DNA of 32,000 nt. It comes from Pyrodictium abyssi (GTDB taxonomy: Archaea > Thermoproteota > Thermoprotei_A > Sulfolobales > Pyrodictiaceae). Made by a program: the position numbers and the translations under genes. The stretch lies in the NCBI RefSeq assembly GCF_036323395.1, contig NZ_AP028907.1, positions 1,710,001-1,742,000 on the forward strand, read 5' to 3'. Below the pieces are notes generated by a model. That model saw nothing but the letters and a program-made list of their open reading frames with translations, had not been told where the DNA came from and made no database searches. Below, in pieces: positions 17,467 to 25,437 of the stretch. How positions within the stretch are numbered: the first letter of the stretch is position 1; each line of letters starts with the position of its first letter.

Positions 17467-18420
17467 TTAACGCTGTCCCGGCGCGGCATCGGGTACTGGT
17501 CTAGCACTGCGCCATATCGTCTCCAGCCTCCGCTTGAGCGCGTCCGCGAACTCGCGGTTAGTTATGGCCACAGCTACCACGTTGCCCCCGCGGCCCGGCA
17601 CGCCTATGACCACTGTGTCGCAGACGACCATCATGTCGAGGAGTACCGCGTCCGAGGCGCGCAGCTCGACGCCCGGTATGCTGGCCACGGTTCTTAGCAC
17701 GTGCTCCGGGACAGCAGCGCCAGTGTAGAGAATCACGCGTGCACCACGCCCGTCTAGCACCTCTAGGAGCCGGCTAAGAGCCGGCAGTAGCTCCTCGGCT
17801 TTCTCCGCCGCCTTGTAGGCGAGCACCCAGGGCTTCTCGCTGCACTCCTGCAGAGCTGCCATGGCGGCGGCGAGGGCCCGGGAGAGCCCCTCTTCTACCG
17901 CCACGTGCTCCCTCGCCGTGGATGTGGCGTGCCTCTCTAGCTCCTGTGCCAGCGCCCTTAGCTCGTCGGCGCGTAGCCTCGCCTCTACGATGAGCCTCTC
18001 AGCCTCAGCGCCGAGAGCCCTGGCGGGCGGTGTTGCCTTGTAGCCCTCGCCTGTCTGCACGACTAGGCCGCGGCGCTGGAGGCTCCGCAGCACATCGTAG
18101 ATCCTCTGGGGCGGCACGCCCGCTTCCTCCGCTATCTCTCTTGGCCTAGATGCGCCCCCTAGCACGGCTAGGTAGACTCGGGCCTCGTACCCGCTGAGGC
18201 CTAGGAGCCTTCTCAGCCTCTCCTCTAGCCCCTCCCCCGCCAACGCTGCTCCCGCTACACCTTCTGGGATTGTCCCCCGGGCCCGGGAGCATGCCGGGGT
18301 AAGGATTGAATAGCGTAGCCCTGCCTCCCCGGCCAGGGTAGGCCGGCTTCCCCAGGCTAAGGCGTCCCCGCTACGCCGAGACCAGGATACGCGTCGGGGA
18401 AGGCTGTATGTCCGCGTCAA
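17467..18420 (-). CDS. TrmB family transcriptional regulator
   Basis: LRRLLGLSGYEARVYLAVLGGASRPREIAEEAGVPPQRIYDVLRSLQRRGLVVQTGEGYKATPP is the TrmB N-terminal wHTH. The true start is probably downstream of 18420, for example TTG at 18243. Confidence 0.85.
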   Translation of the reverse strand: MTRTYSLPRRVSWSRRSGDALAWGSRPTLAGEAGLRYSILTPACSRARGTIPEGVAGAALAGEGLEERLRRLLGLSGYEARVYLAVLGGASRPREIAEEAGVPPQRIYDVLRSLQRRGLVVQTGEGYKATPPARALGAEAERLIVEARLRADELRALAQELERHATSTAREHVAVEEGLSRALAAAMAALQECSEKPWVLAYKAAEKAEELLPALSRLLEVLDGRGARVILYTGAAVPEHVLRTVASIPGVELRASDAVLLDMMVVCDTVVIGVPGRGGNVVAVAITNREFADALKRRLETIWRSARPVPDAAPGQR

Positions 18421-19253
18421 GGCCGCGGGTCGGGGCTAGGAGGCTAGTACTCGTCGACGTGCATGCCCGGAGTGCTAGCGAGGCGCTGGCGGCGGGCGAG
18501 CTGGCAGCAGAGCACGCTATGAGGAGTAAGCAGCCCCACGCGGTGGTGCTCGAGTGGCCCGAGGAGGCTGTAGTTTACGGGCTCTACGAGGCCGTGTCGG
18601 GCAGGGACGATACAGCGGTCTACCGGAGGATAACCGGGGGCAGAAAGGCCTTTATGGCGCCCGGCATGGCGTATGCCGCCGCCGCACTGCCCTGGAGGAA
18701 GAGCCTCGAAGGGCTAGCAAGTGTAGCGCTCGGCATTGCTAGCTGCGCCGGCGGGGTCTACGGAGTCACAGTGCTCGGCGAGACCGGGTACATGGAGGTC
18801 CTCGGAGCCCGTAGCGTGGAGGAGGCGCGTCAGTGCCTCCTAGAGGTGCTAGGCGTAGGGAAGACAGTGAAGATGCATGTACCTCGTGCGAGCCTCGTGG
18901 AGCTAGCCACACTCTTCGAGTCACAGCAGTGGCGCGAGTACAGCTACCACCGGGGGGATGCGGAGGCCGAGCGGAGGAGAGAAGGCGGCTACTGGGTACG
19001 CGTAAGCATAGAGACTACCGATGGCTATGTGACGGGCTACTGGCTTACTGGGGTCTTCTTCTCAGCGCCGCCTACAGAGGTCTATAACGTGCTCAACGGC
19101 CTCCGGGGGACCCGGTTCCACGAGCTCATGCTCTACAATGTGGAGCTCGCCGTGGAGAAGCGTATACAGTTCCTAGGCATAACTGGCGAGGACTTCATGT
19201 CCGTTATACGCGAGCTTTACGAGGCTGTCGGTGTACGCTACTATAGTGTCTAA
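18408..19253 (+). CDS. Lipoate-protein ligase A-like protein (divergent)
   Basis: VYRRITGGRKAFMAPGMAYAAAALPW resembles the LplA RRxxGGGxVxHDxG region. C-terminal YVTGYWLTGVFFSAPPTEVYNVLNGLRG...GITGEDFMSVIRELYEAV resembles the LplA accessory domain. Confidence 0.5.
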   Translation: MSASRPRVGARRLVLVDVHARSASEALAAGELAAEHAMRSKQPHAVVLEWPEEAVVYGLYEAVSGRDDTAVYRRITGGRKAFMAPGMAYAAAALPWRKSLEGLASVALGIASCAGGVYGVTVLGETGYMEVLGARSVEEARQCLLEVLGVGKTVKMHVPRASLVELATLFESQQWREYSYHRGDAEAERRREGGYWVRVSIETTDGYVTGYWLTGVFFSAPPTEVYNVLNGLRGTRFHELMLYNVELAVEKRIQFLGITGEDFMSVIRELYEAVGVRYYSV

Positions 19254-19310
19254 GCTGGCCAGCATGCCAGCTCTCCCGGGGCATACTACCCGCCTGGGCG
19301 GCCGGGCTAC

Positions 19311-20567
19311 GTGTTATATACACACCCACAGCTGCCACCACCACTGGGTGGTGGTTCTCTGCCCGGCCGTAGGCCCTACCTGCCCCGGGGCCTCCGGAGC
19401 TACCTCGAGGAGCCCCGCATACAAGCACTCCTCGACATCGCAGGCGAGCTGGGCTACGCTAGGCCCCTAGAGCGGGTCCTCGAGGGTAAGCCTTCTGTGC
19501 GCGACGTTGTGGAGCTCTACCGTATGCCCCTATGGCTCCTGGGCGCCCTCGCACGCGCTGTGACCGACGCCATCACTGGCCGGCGCGTAGGCTACGTGGT
19601 CAACATGATTCTGAACTACACGAACATCTGCGTGGTGAACTGTAGGTTTTGCGCGTTCCGCCGCAGCCCCGGCGCCGAGGACGCCTACCGTCTGGACGCT
19701 TCCCAGGCTGTCGCGTCCGTGGTGGAGCACTGGGAGAAGTACCGTATACGCCAGGTGCTGTTCCAGGGCGGGGTAGACCCCTCCATACCCCTGGAGTACT
19801 TCGAGGAGGTATTCCGGGGCATCAAGGCTAGGACCCGTGGCGAGGTGGCCGTCCACGGCCTCAGCGCCGTGGAGATAGACTGGTACTCGCGGGTCAACCG
19901 TCTCAGCGTGAGGGAGCTCGTCTCCAGGCTGGCCGAGGCAGGGCTGGACAGCGTGCCCGGTGCTGGCGCGGAGATACTGAGCCAGAGGGTCCGGGGGCTG
20001 ATCTCCCCCTTCAAGACGAGTGCGGAGCGCTGGCTCGAGGTCATGGACGAGATAATGAGCTTGGGGCTCCCCGTGAGCACCACTATGATGTATGGTCACG
20101 TGGAGACGCTATGGGAGCGTGCTGAGCACCTCCTCTCGCTACTCCAGCTGCAGAGGCGCAGGGGCCTCATCATGGCCTTCATCGCGTGGAACTTCGAGCC
20201 AGGCAACACCGAGCTCCGTGGCAGCGTGCCCTACCCGGCTGGGGGCACCGAGCTCCTTCGCAGCGTGGCCGTGGCTAGGCTCGTGTTCCGCCACGAAATA
20301 CCCTGGATACAGGCCGGCTGGCTCACAGCCGGTACCCGGCTAGGCCAGGTCTCGCTGGACTACGGGGCCAACGACTGGGGCGGCACACTCTACGGCGAGA
20401 AGGTGCTACCAGCCGCCGGGGTGCCGCTGCCACTCCTCGTCCGCAGGAGCATAGAGCGCGTGATAGGGGGCGCGGGCTACGAGCCCTACGAGCGCGACAA
20501 CTGGTACTACCCGGTCGAGGCCACAGCGCCCCGCATAGCAGCTGGGGCCGGGGGTGCAGCAGGGTGA
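19311..20567 (+). CDS. mqnC: Cyclic dehypoxanthinyl futalosine synthase (MqnC-type radical SAM)
   Basis: NMILNYTNICVVNCRFCAFRR (CX3CX2C), VLFQGGVDPSIPLEYFEEVFRGIK, HGLSAVEI, GLDSVPGAGAEILSQRVR, TTMMYGHVET, FIAWNFEPGNTEL, YGANDWGGTLYGE. Confidence 0.86.
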   Translation: MLYTHPQLPPPLGGGSLPGRRPYLPRGLRSYLEEPRIQALLDIAGELGYARPLERVLEGKPSVRDVVELYRMPLWLLGALARAVTDAITGRRVGYVVNMILNYTNICVVNCRFCAFRRSPGAEDAYRLDASQAVASVVEHWEKYRIRQVLFQGGVDPSIPLEYFEEVFRGIKARTRGEVAVHGLSAVEIDWYSRVNRLSVRELVSRLAEAGLDSVPGAGAEILSQRVRGLISPFKTSAERWLEVMDEIMSLGLPVSTTMMYGHVETLWERAEHLLSLLQLQRRRGLIMAFIAWNFEPGNTELRGSVPYPAGGTELLRSVAVARLVFRHEIPWIQAGWLTAGTRLGQVSLDYGANDWGGTLYGEKVLPAAGVPLPLLVRRSIERVIGGAGYEPYERDNWYYPVEATAPRIAAGAGGAAG

Positions 20568-21733
20568 AGCCGCGCCCGGAGCCGCCCCGGTGGCTCGAAA
20601 GGCTGGCCGCCGAGTCCGGGTCACCGGCCCTGGAGAAGGCTATACACGGGGACCGCCTCGAGCCCCCTGCGATAGAGGAGCTGCTAGTGAAGACGCCCTT
20701 CCACGCCCTAGCCGCGGCCGCCGACTACTACGCGCGCGCCGTGAAGCAGGGCCGGGGCAGCTTCGTGGTCAACCTCTACCTGACGTACACTAATGTCTGT
20801 GAGACCCGGTGCAGCTTCTGCGCCTTCTACCGAGCCCCCGGGAGCCCAGACGCGTACATACGGGAGCCCCGTGAGCTCGCCGAGGCAGCACGCCGCGCCG
20901 TGGAGGAGCACGGTGTGCGGGAGATACACCTGGTCGGCGGGAACAACCCCGACCTGCCGTTCAGCTACTACGAGGAGCTAGTCTCCTCGATCAAGCAGGC
21001 CGCGCCCAGGGCCATATTGAAGGCCTTCACCGCGGAGGAGATATGGTTCATCGCCCGCGTCACGGGGCAGCGCGTACGGGAGGTGCTCGAGAGGCTACAC
21101 GAGCTCGGGCTCGACGCGCTATCAGGCGGCGGCACCGAGGTCCTCGACGAGGAGCTCCAGCGCCTAATCGCGCCGCGCAAGATACCCCCGGAGGAGTACC
21201 TACGCGTCCACGAGGAGGCCCACCGGCTGGGGATAAGGAGCAACGTTATACTGATGTACGGCCACGTCGAGGAGCCTATCAGCGTCGCGCGGCACCTCTA
21301 CCGGGTAAGAATGCTCGAGGAACGCGCCCCCGGCTTCATATCCTTCATACCCGTCCGGTTCAACCCCGGCAGCACGCCGCTCGGCAGGTCCCGGCTCTAC
21401 CGTGAGCGGGCCCGGCTCGACGGCCAGTACGACCTCCGCATAGTCGCCGCTGCTAGGCTAGCACTGCTCGGGGCCGTGGACAACATAGTCGCCTACTGGG
21501 TGAGCATGGGGGACAAGCTCGCGCAGGCAGCCCTAGCACACGGGGCGAACGACCTCGGCGGCACGTTCTACCGGGAGGCCGTGATCTCGGCTGCTGGGGG
21601 CGGCCCCGGCGGCAAGGAGCCCAGGGAGCTCGCATACATGCTCCGGCAGGCAGGCTGGAGCCCCTGGATGCGCGACACCTTCTACAACTACCTGGAGAGA
21701 ATAGACGTAGCAGAGCCCCCGTGGCTACAGTAG
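20564..21733 (+). CDS. mqnE: Aminofutalosine synthase (MqnE-type radical SAM)
   Basis: NLYLTYTNVCETRCSFCAFYRAPGSPDAYI, IHLVGGNNPDLPFSYYEELVSSIK, LKAFTAEEI, GLDALSGGGTEVLDEELQRLIAPRK, SNVILMYGHVE, FIPVRFNPG, HGANDLGGTFYREAV. GTGA overlap with mqnC. Confidence 0.87.
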   Translation: MKPRPEPPRWLERLAAESGSPALEKAIHGDRLEPPAIEELLVKTPFHALAAAADYYARAVKQGRGSFVVNLYLTYTNVCETRCSFCAFYRAPGSPDAYIREPRELAEAARRAVEEHGVREIHLVGGNNPDLPFSYYEELVSSIKQAAPRAILKAFTAEEIWFIARVTGQRVREVLERLHELGLDALSGGGTEVLDEELQRLIAPRKIPPEEYLRVHEEAHRLGIRSNVILMYGHVEEPISVARHLYRVRMLEERAPGFISFIPVRFNPGSTPLGRSRLYRERARLDGQYDLRIVAAARLALLGAVDNIVAYWVSMGDKLAQAALAHGANDLGGTFYREAVISAAGGGPGGKEPRELAYMLRQAGWSPWMRDTFYNYLERIDVAEPPWLQ

Positions 21734-21767
21734 ACGCTCAAACCGTGACGCGCGGGGGACAGAAGAG

Positions 21768-22553
21768 TTGCCCGTGTATGCTGCGCCAGGCTACCAGTAC
21801 GCCGCGCCTCTGCGCAGATGGCTAGTGTCGCGGGGCTTCGCCGTCCACGTCGCCCCACCGCCGGAAACGCTCCCACTGCTCAGGGAGGGAGTAGCCGACG
21901 CTGGGCTAGCGCCACTAGGCCTGATAGCAGCGAGCACCGAGCTGCAGGCATGCCCCGGCCCAATGGTGTACAGCGAACGTGAGACGATGAGTGTTCTCCT
22001 GGTCTCAAAGAAGCCGCTAACACTACGAGGCTGCGACATGATAGCCGTGACCGGCGAGACCCGGACTAGCATCCTCTACCTCACGCTCGTGCTGAGGGAG
22101 CTGGGGCTCCAGCCCCGCCTGCTCCGGCTGAGCGCACGGAACGCGTGGATGCTTCTACGCGCCGCTCCGTGTGCCCTAGTCATAGGCGATGAGGCTCTCA
22201 GCGCTCTCGCCCAGGGGCTCCACGTGGTAGCCGACATGGGCGTGCTCGTGCGCGACGTCCTGGGCATAACCCCGGTCTACGCTGCTACGGCCGTGGCCAG
22301 GGGCAGGAGCTGCCCCAGGGGCATAGATACGCCGCCCTGGCCCCGGGCGCAGCGCCGCGACGTAGAGGCTACAGCTATGGCTACCGGGCTGCCGCGCCGC
22401 CTAGCAGACATATACCACCGCGCTCTGCTGCGCCTCGACTACAACCCGGCCTTCCTGAAGGCCGCGCTACGTGTCCTCCGCGAGGCCGTCTCCCATGGAG
22501 CCTCCGGCGGGCTCCCGCCCGAGAGGAGGGCTGAGGAGGCCTCATGCTGGTAG
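21768..22553 (+). CDS. mqnA: Chorismate dehydratase (MqnA, futalosine pathway)
   Basis: VADAGLAPLGLIA, ETMSVLLVSKKPLTLRGCDMIAVTGETRTSILYLTLVL, CALVIGDEALSAL, VVADMGVLVRDVLGITPVYAATAVARG. Context with mqnC and mqnE. Confidence 0.75.
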   Translation: MPVYAAPGYQYAAPLRRWLVSRGFAVHVAPPPETLPLLREGVADAGLAPLGLIAASTELQACPGPMVYSERETMSVLLVSKKPLTLRGCDMIAVTGETRTSILYLTLVLRELGLQPRLLRLSARNAWMLLRAAPCALVIGDEALSALAQGLHVVADMGVLVRDVLGITPVYAATAVARGRSCPRGIDTPPWPRAQRRDVEATAMATGLPRRLADIYHRALLRLDYNPAFLKAALRVLREAVSHGASGGLPPERRAEEASCW

Positions 22554-22624
22554 CATGGCCCCGGGACACTTGTAGCCCACACTGATACCGGGAAACAGCT
22601 TTTCTAACGATAAATCGGCATTAG

Positions 22625-24547
22625 TTGTTTACGCGAAGGGTCAAAATATCCCCCCTTAGTCGCTTACACGCGGTGCCCGCTGTGGAGTTCAAGCTGCTCC
22701 GTATAGACCTATGGAACCAGAAGGTGCGCGAGGAGAAGATCGACGAGAAGATTCTCCGAAAGTTCCTCGGCGGACGCGGCCTCGGCGCCTACCTAGCCCT
22801 CCGCGAGATACCGCCCGGCGCGGACCCCCTAGGGCCGGAGAACAGGCTCTACATCCTTACCGGCCCTATCACCGGCACAGCCGCTATCGAGAGCGGCCGC
22901 TACCACGCCGTGGCTAAGAGCCCGCTCACCGGTATCCTCGGCGACTCCAACTCGGGCGGCCAGTTCGGCCCCTGGCTACGCTTCGCCGGGTACGACGGCA
23001 TCGTCCTCGAGGGCATGAGCGAGGAGCCTGTATGGATAAGCATAATCGACGGCGAGGTCAAGTTCCACGACGCCCGCAGCCTCTGGGGCAAGGGCGTAAT
23101 ATACACGGAGAGGATTATACGCGAGAACGTGGGCATAACCAAGGAGGACCTCGGCAGTGTCCTAGCCATAGGACCCGCCGGCGAGAACCTCTCGAAGATC
23201 TCGGCTATAATGAACGACCGCTACCGCGCAGCGGGCCGCACCGGCCTAGGCGCAGTGATGGGTAGCAAGCGCGTCAAGGCTATATTCGCCTACGGTAAGA
23301 GGCAGATCGAGCTCTACGACCGCCAGAAGTTCTTCGAGGCCGCCAAGAAGCTCATGAAGAAGATACAGGAGCACAGCATCAGCCAGGCACTAGGCAAGTA
23401 CGGGACCGCCGTGCTGGTCAACATTATCAACGAGCACGGCGGCTTCCCGACCAAGAATTGGACACGTGGCACCTTCGAGAAGGCCTACGAGATAAGCGGC
23501 GAGTACCTCGCAGAGAAGTACCTCAAGACCAACAAGGGCTGCTGGGGCTGTATCATACGCTGTGCACGCGTAGCCGAGGTGAAGAGCGGCCCATACCGCA
23601 CCCCCGTCAGCGAGGGCCCAGAGTACGAGACAATCTGGGCCAACGGCGGCAACACGATGATAGGCAACATGGAGGCGCTTATCAAGATAAACTACCTGCT
23701 CAACGACCTAGGCTTCGACACCATAAGCTTCGGCAACACAGCCGCCACGCTCATGGAGCTCTACGAGAAGGCACAGAAAGGCGAGTTGCCAGAAGACAAG
23801 GCCAAGAAGCTCCTCAGCCTCCTAGGCGACATCGAGCCCACATGGGGCAACGCTGACGCCGTCATACAGCTGATATGGAGGACCGCCTACCGCGACGGCA
23901 TAGGCGACTACACCGCCGAGGGCGCCGCCAGGCTCGCAGAGGCCTTCGGCAGCCCAGACTCCGCAGTACACGTTAGGGGCCTCGAGCTGCCAGCCTACGA
24001 CCCACGCGCGATAAACAGCATGGCCCTCAGCTACGCTACGAGCAACCGTGGTGGCTGCCACCTACGCGCCTACGCTGTGAGCTTCGACGTGCTAGGTGTG
24101 CCTAAGAAGTTCGACCCGCTCAAGGTGGACCTCGAGAAGGTGAAGCTGATAAAGTTCCAGCAGGAGCACTTCGCCGTAATAGACAGCCTCGTAGTGTGCA
24201 AGTTCAACACCTTCGCGGACAGCCCCGAGGACTACGTACCACTACTACAGGCCGCCATGGGCTGGGAGGACCTCACAACAGAGGAGCTGCTAACCATAGG
24301 CGAGAGGATATACAATGTAGAGAGGCTCTTCGCCGTGAGGGAGGGTCACGGGTACAAGGACTACCTACCGAAGAGGCTGGTAGAGGAGCCGCTGCCAGAC
24401 GGCCCGGCCAAGGGCAAGACAGCAAAAGAGGCCATCGAGAAGTACCTGCCAGAGTACTACAAGCTACGCGGCTGGGAGGACGGCAAGCCGCTGCCAGAGA
24501 CTCTGAAGAGGCTAGGCCTCGAAGAGTTCCTCTACATCGTCTCCTAG
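22625..24547 (+). CDS. Aldehyde:ferredoxin oxidoreductase family (tungsten-pterin/4Fe-4S) protein
   Basis: LLRIDLWNQKV...FLGGRGLGAYLALREIPPGADPLGPENRLYILTGPITGT, SGRYHAVAKSPLTGILGDSNSGGQFGPWLRFAGYDGIVLEG, GCWGCIIRCARVA, NDLGFDTISFGNT, VVCKFNTF. The true start is possibly GTG at 22673 or 22682. Confidence 0.92.
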   Translation: MFTRRVKISPLSRLHAVPAVEFKLLRIDLWNQKVREEKIDEKILRKFLGGRGLGAYLALREIPPGADPLGPENRLYILTGPITGTAAIESGRYHAVAKSPLTGILGDSNSGGQFGPWLRFAGYDGIVLEGMSEEPVWISIIDGEVKFHDARSLWGKGVIYTERIIRENVGITKEDLGSVLAIGPAGENLSKISAIMNDRYRAAGRTGLGAVMGSKRVKAIFAYGKRQIELYDRQKFFEAAKKLMKKIQEHSISQALGKYGTAVLVNIINEHGGFPTKNWTRGTFEKAYEISGEYLAEKYLKTNKGCWGCIIRCARVAEVKSGPYRTPVSEGPEYETIWANGGNTMIGNMEALIKINYLLNDLGFDTISFGNTAATLMELYEKAQKGELPEDKAKKLLSLLGDIEPTWGNADAVIQLIWRTAYRDGIGDYTAEGAARLAEAFGSPDSAVHVRGLELPAYDPRAINSMALSYATSNRGGCHLRAYAVSFDVLGVPKKFDPLKVDLEKVKLIKFQQEHFAVIDSLVVCKFNTFADSPEDYVPLLQAAMGWEDLTTEELLTIGERIYNVERLFAVREGHGYKDYLPKRLVEEPLPDGPAKGKTAKEAIEKYLPEYYKLRGWEDGKPLPETLKRLGLEEFLYIVS

Positions 24548-24740
24548 CCCCGTTCTTTTACACGCGCTAGGCATTCCTCCCCGTCTGTAGTCTTCTTTGA
24601 CGCGTACAGACTATTGGGTGCCATAGCAGGGCTACAAGCTATATTCGGTGCTACGTGTATGATGCCCTAGGCTCTAGCCCTAGGCACCATAGACTGCTGC
24701 TCCGAGCCCCCTAGTATGTATACCGGGCTGGAGGTGTCCC

Positions 24741-25034
24741 GTGGACTTGAAGGTAAGGGCTGTATTTATCCAGGAGTTCTACGAGATCATGGGAAGATTC
24801 CAGGCCGAGGTTGAGCTTCCCGAGGGCTCCACGGTAAGAGACCTCATAGACTATATAGACCGCGAGATTAAGAGCGGGTTCCGGAGCCTTGTACTCGACG
24901 ATAAGGGCGGCGTCAAATACCCCGTAGAGATAGCTGTTAACGGCCGACGCATCGACTTTCTAGACGGGCTTGACACAAAGCTCCGTGACGGGGACAAGGT
25001 GCTATTCTCGCCGCGGGCACTCTTCGTAGTCTAA
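24741..25034 (+). CDS. MoaD/ThiS-family ubiquitin-like sulfur carrier protein lacking terminal Gly-Gly
   Basis: VRAVFIQEFYEIMGRFQAEVELPEGSTVRDLIDYID...VEIAVNGRRIDFLDGLDTKLRDGDKVLFSPRALFVV is the beta-grasp MoaD pattern with GDxVxxxP. The C-terminus is ALFVV rather than GG. GTG start. Confidence 0.75.
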   Translation: MDLKVRAVFIQEFYEIMGRFQAEVELPEGSTVRDLIDYIDREIKSGFRSLVLDDKGGVKYPVEIAVNGRRIDFLDGLDTKLRDGDKVLFSPRALFVV

Positions 25035-25047
25035 GAGCCGTGGTACC

Positions 25048-25437
25048 ATGAGCGAGGCCGGCTCCAGGGAGTGCTTCGGCACACTCTCCTCCAGCTGCAG
25101 CGACGCCCTCTCAATCTTGCAGGAGCTCTCAGAGGCTCTGGGGAAGGGCCGGGGTAAGGGCAGTGGCATGGCCCGGGTGCTGAGGAGGGCTGCTGAGGCT
25201 CTCTCGGAGGCTGTTGAGCCGTGTATACGTGGCTGCGGCGAGACCGGGTGGAGCGGGCGCTGTGTCGCCGGCGAGATGGTTGAGAGGCTGCAACGTAGCT
25301 TGTTCGGCCTAGCACTACGGCTTGAGAAGCTGCCGCGCCTCAGCGGCGAGGCTGAGGAGCTTGCAAGCCTCCTCGTAGACCTGGTTTACAGCATGGTGGA
25401 GGCTGTCTGCTATAGTGGCGCCAGGGCCCGGGACTAG
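25048..25437 (+). CDS. Hypothetical Cys-containing helical protein (129 aa)
   Basis: ATG-initiated ORF directly after the MoaD-like gene, helical composition, several Cys. No recognised family. Confidence 0.5.
   Translation: MSEAGSRECFGTLSSSCSDALSILQELSEALGKGRGKGSGMARVLRRAAEALSEAVEPCIRGCGETGWSGRCVAGEMVERLQRSLFGLALRLEKLPRLSGEAEELASLLVDLVYSMVEAVCYSGARARD

Noticed and set aside
19311-19325. TATA-like GTTATATACA at the annotated start of mqnC, suggesting a separate promoter and a later start codon
   Set aside because: No in-frame ATG/GTG/TTG exists until well inside the conserved MqnC N-terminal region. The upstream gene ends only 58 nt away. An operonic GTG start at 19311 is therefore more plausible.
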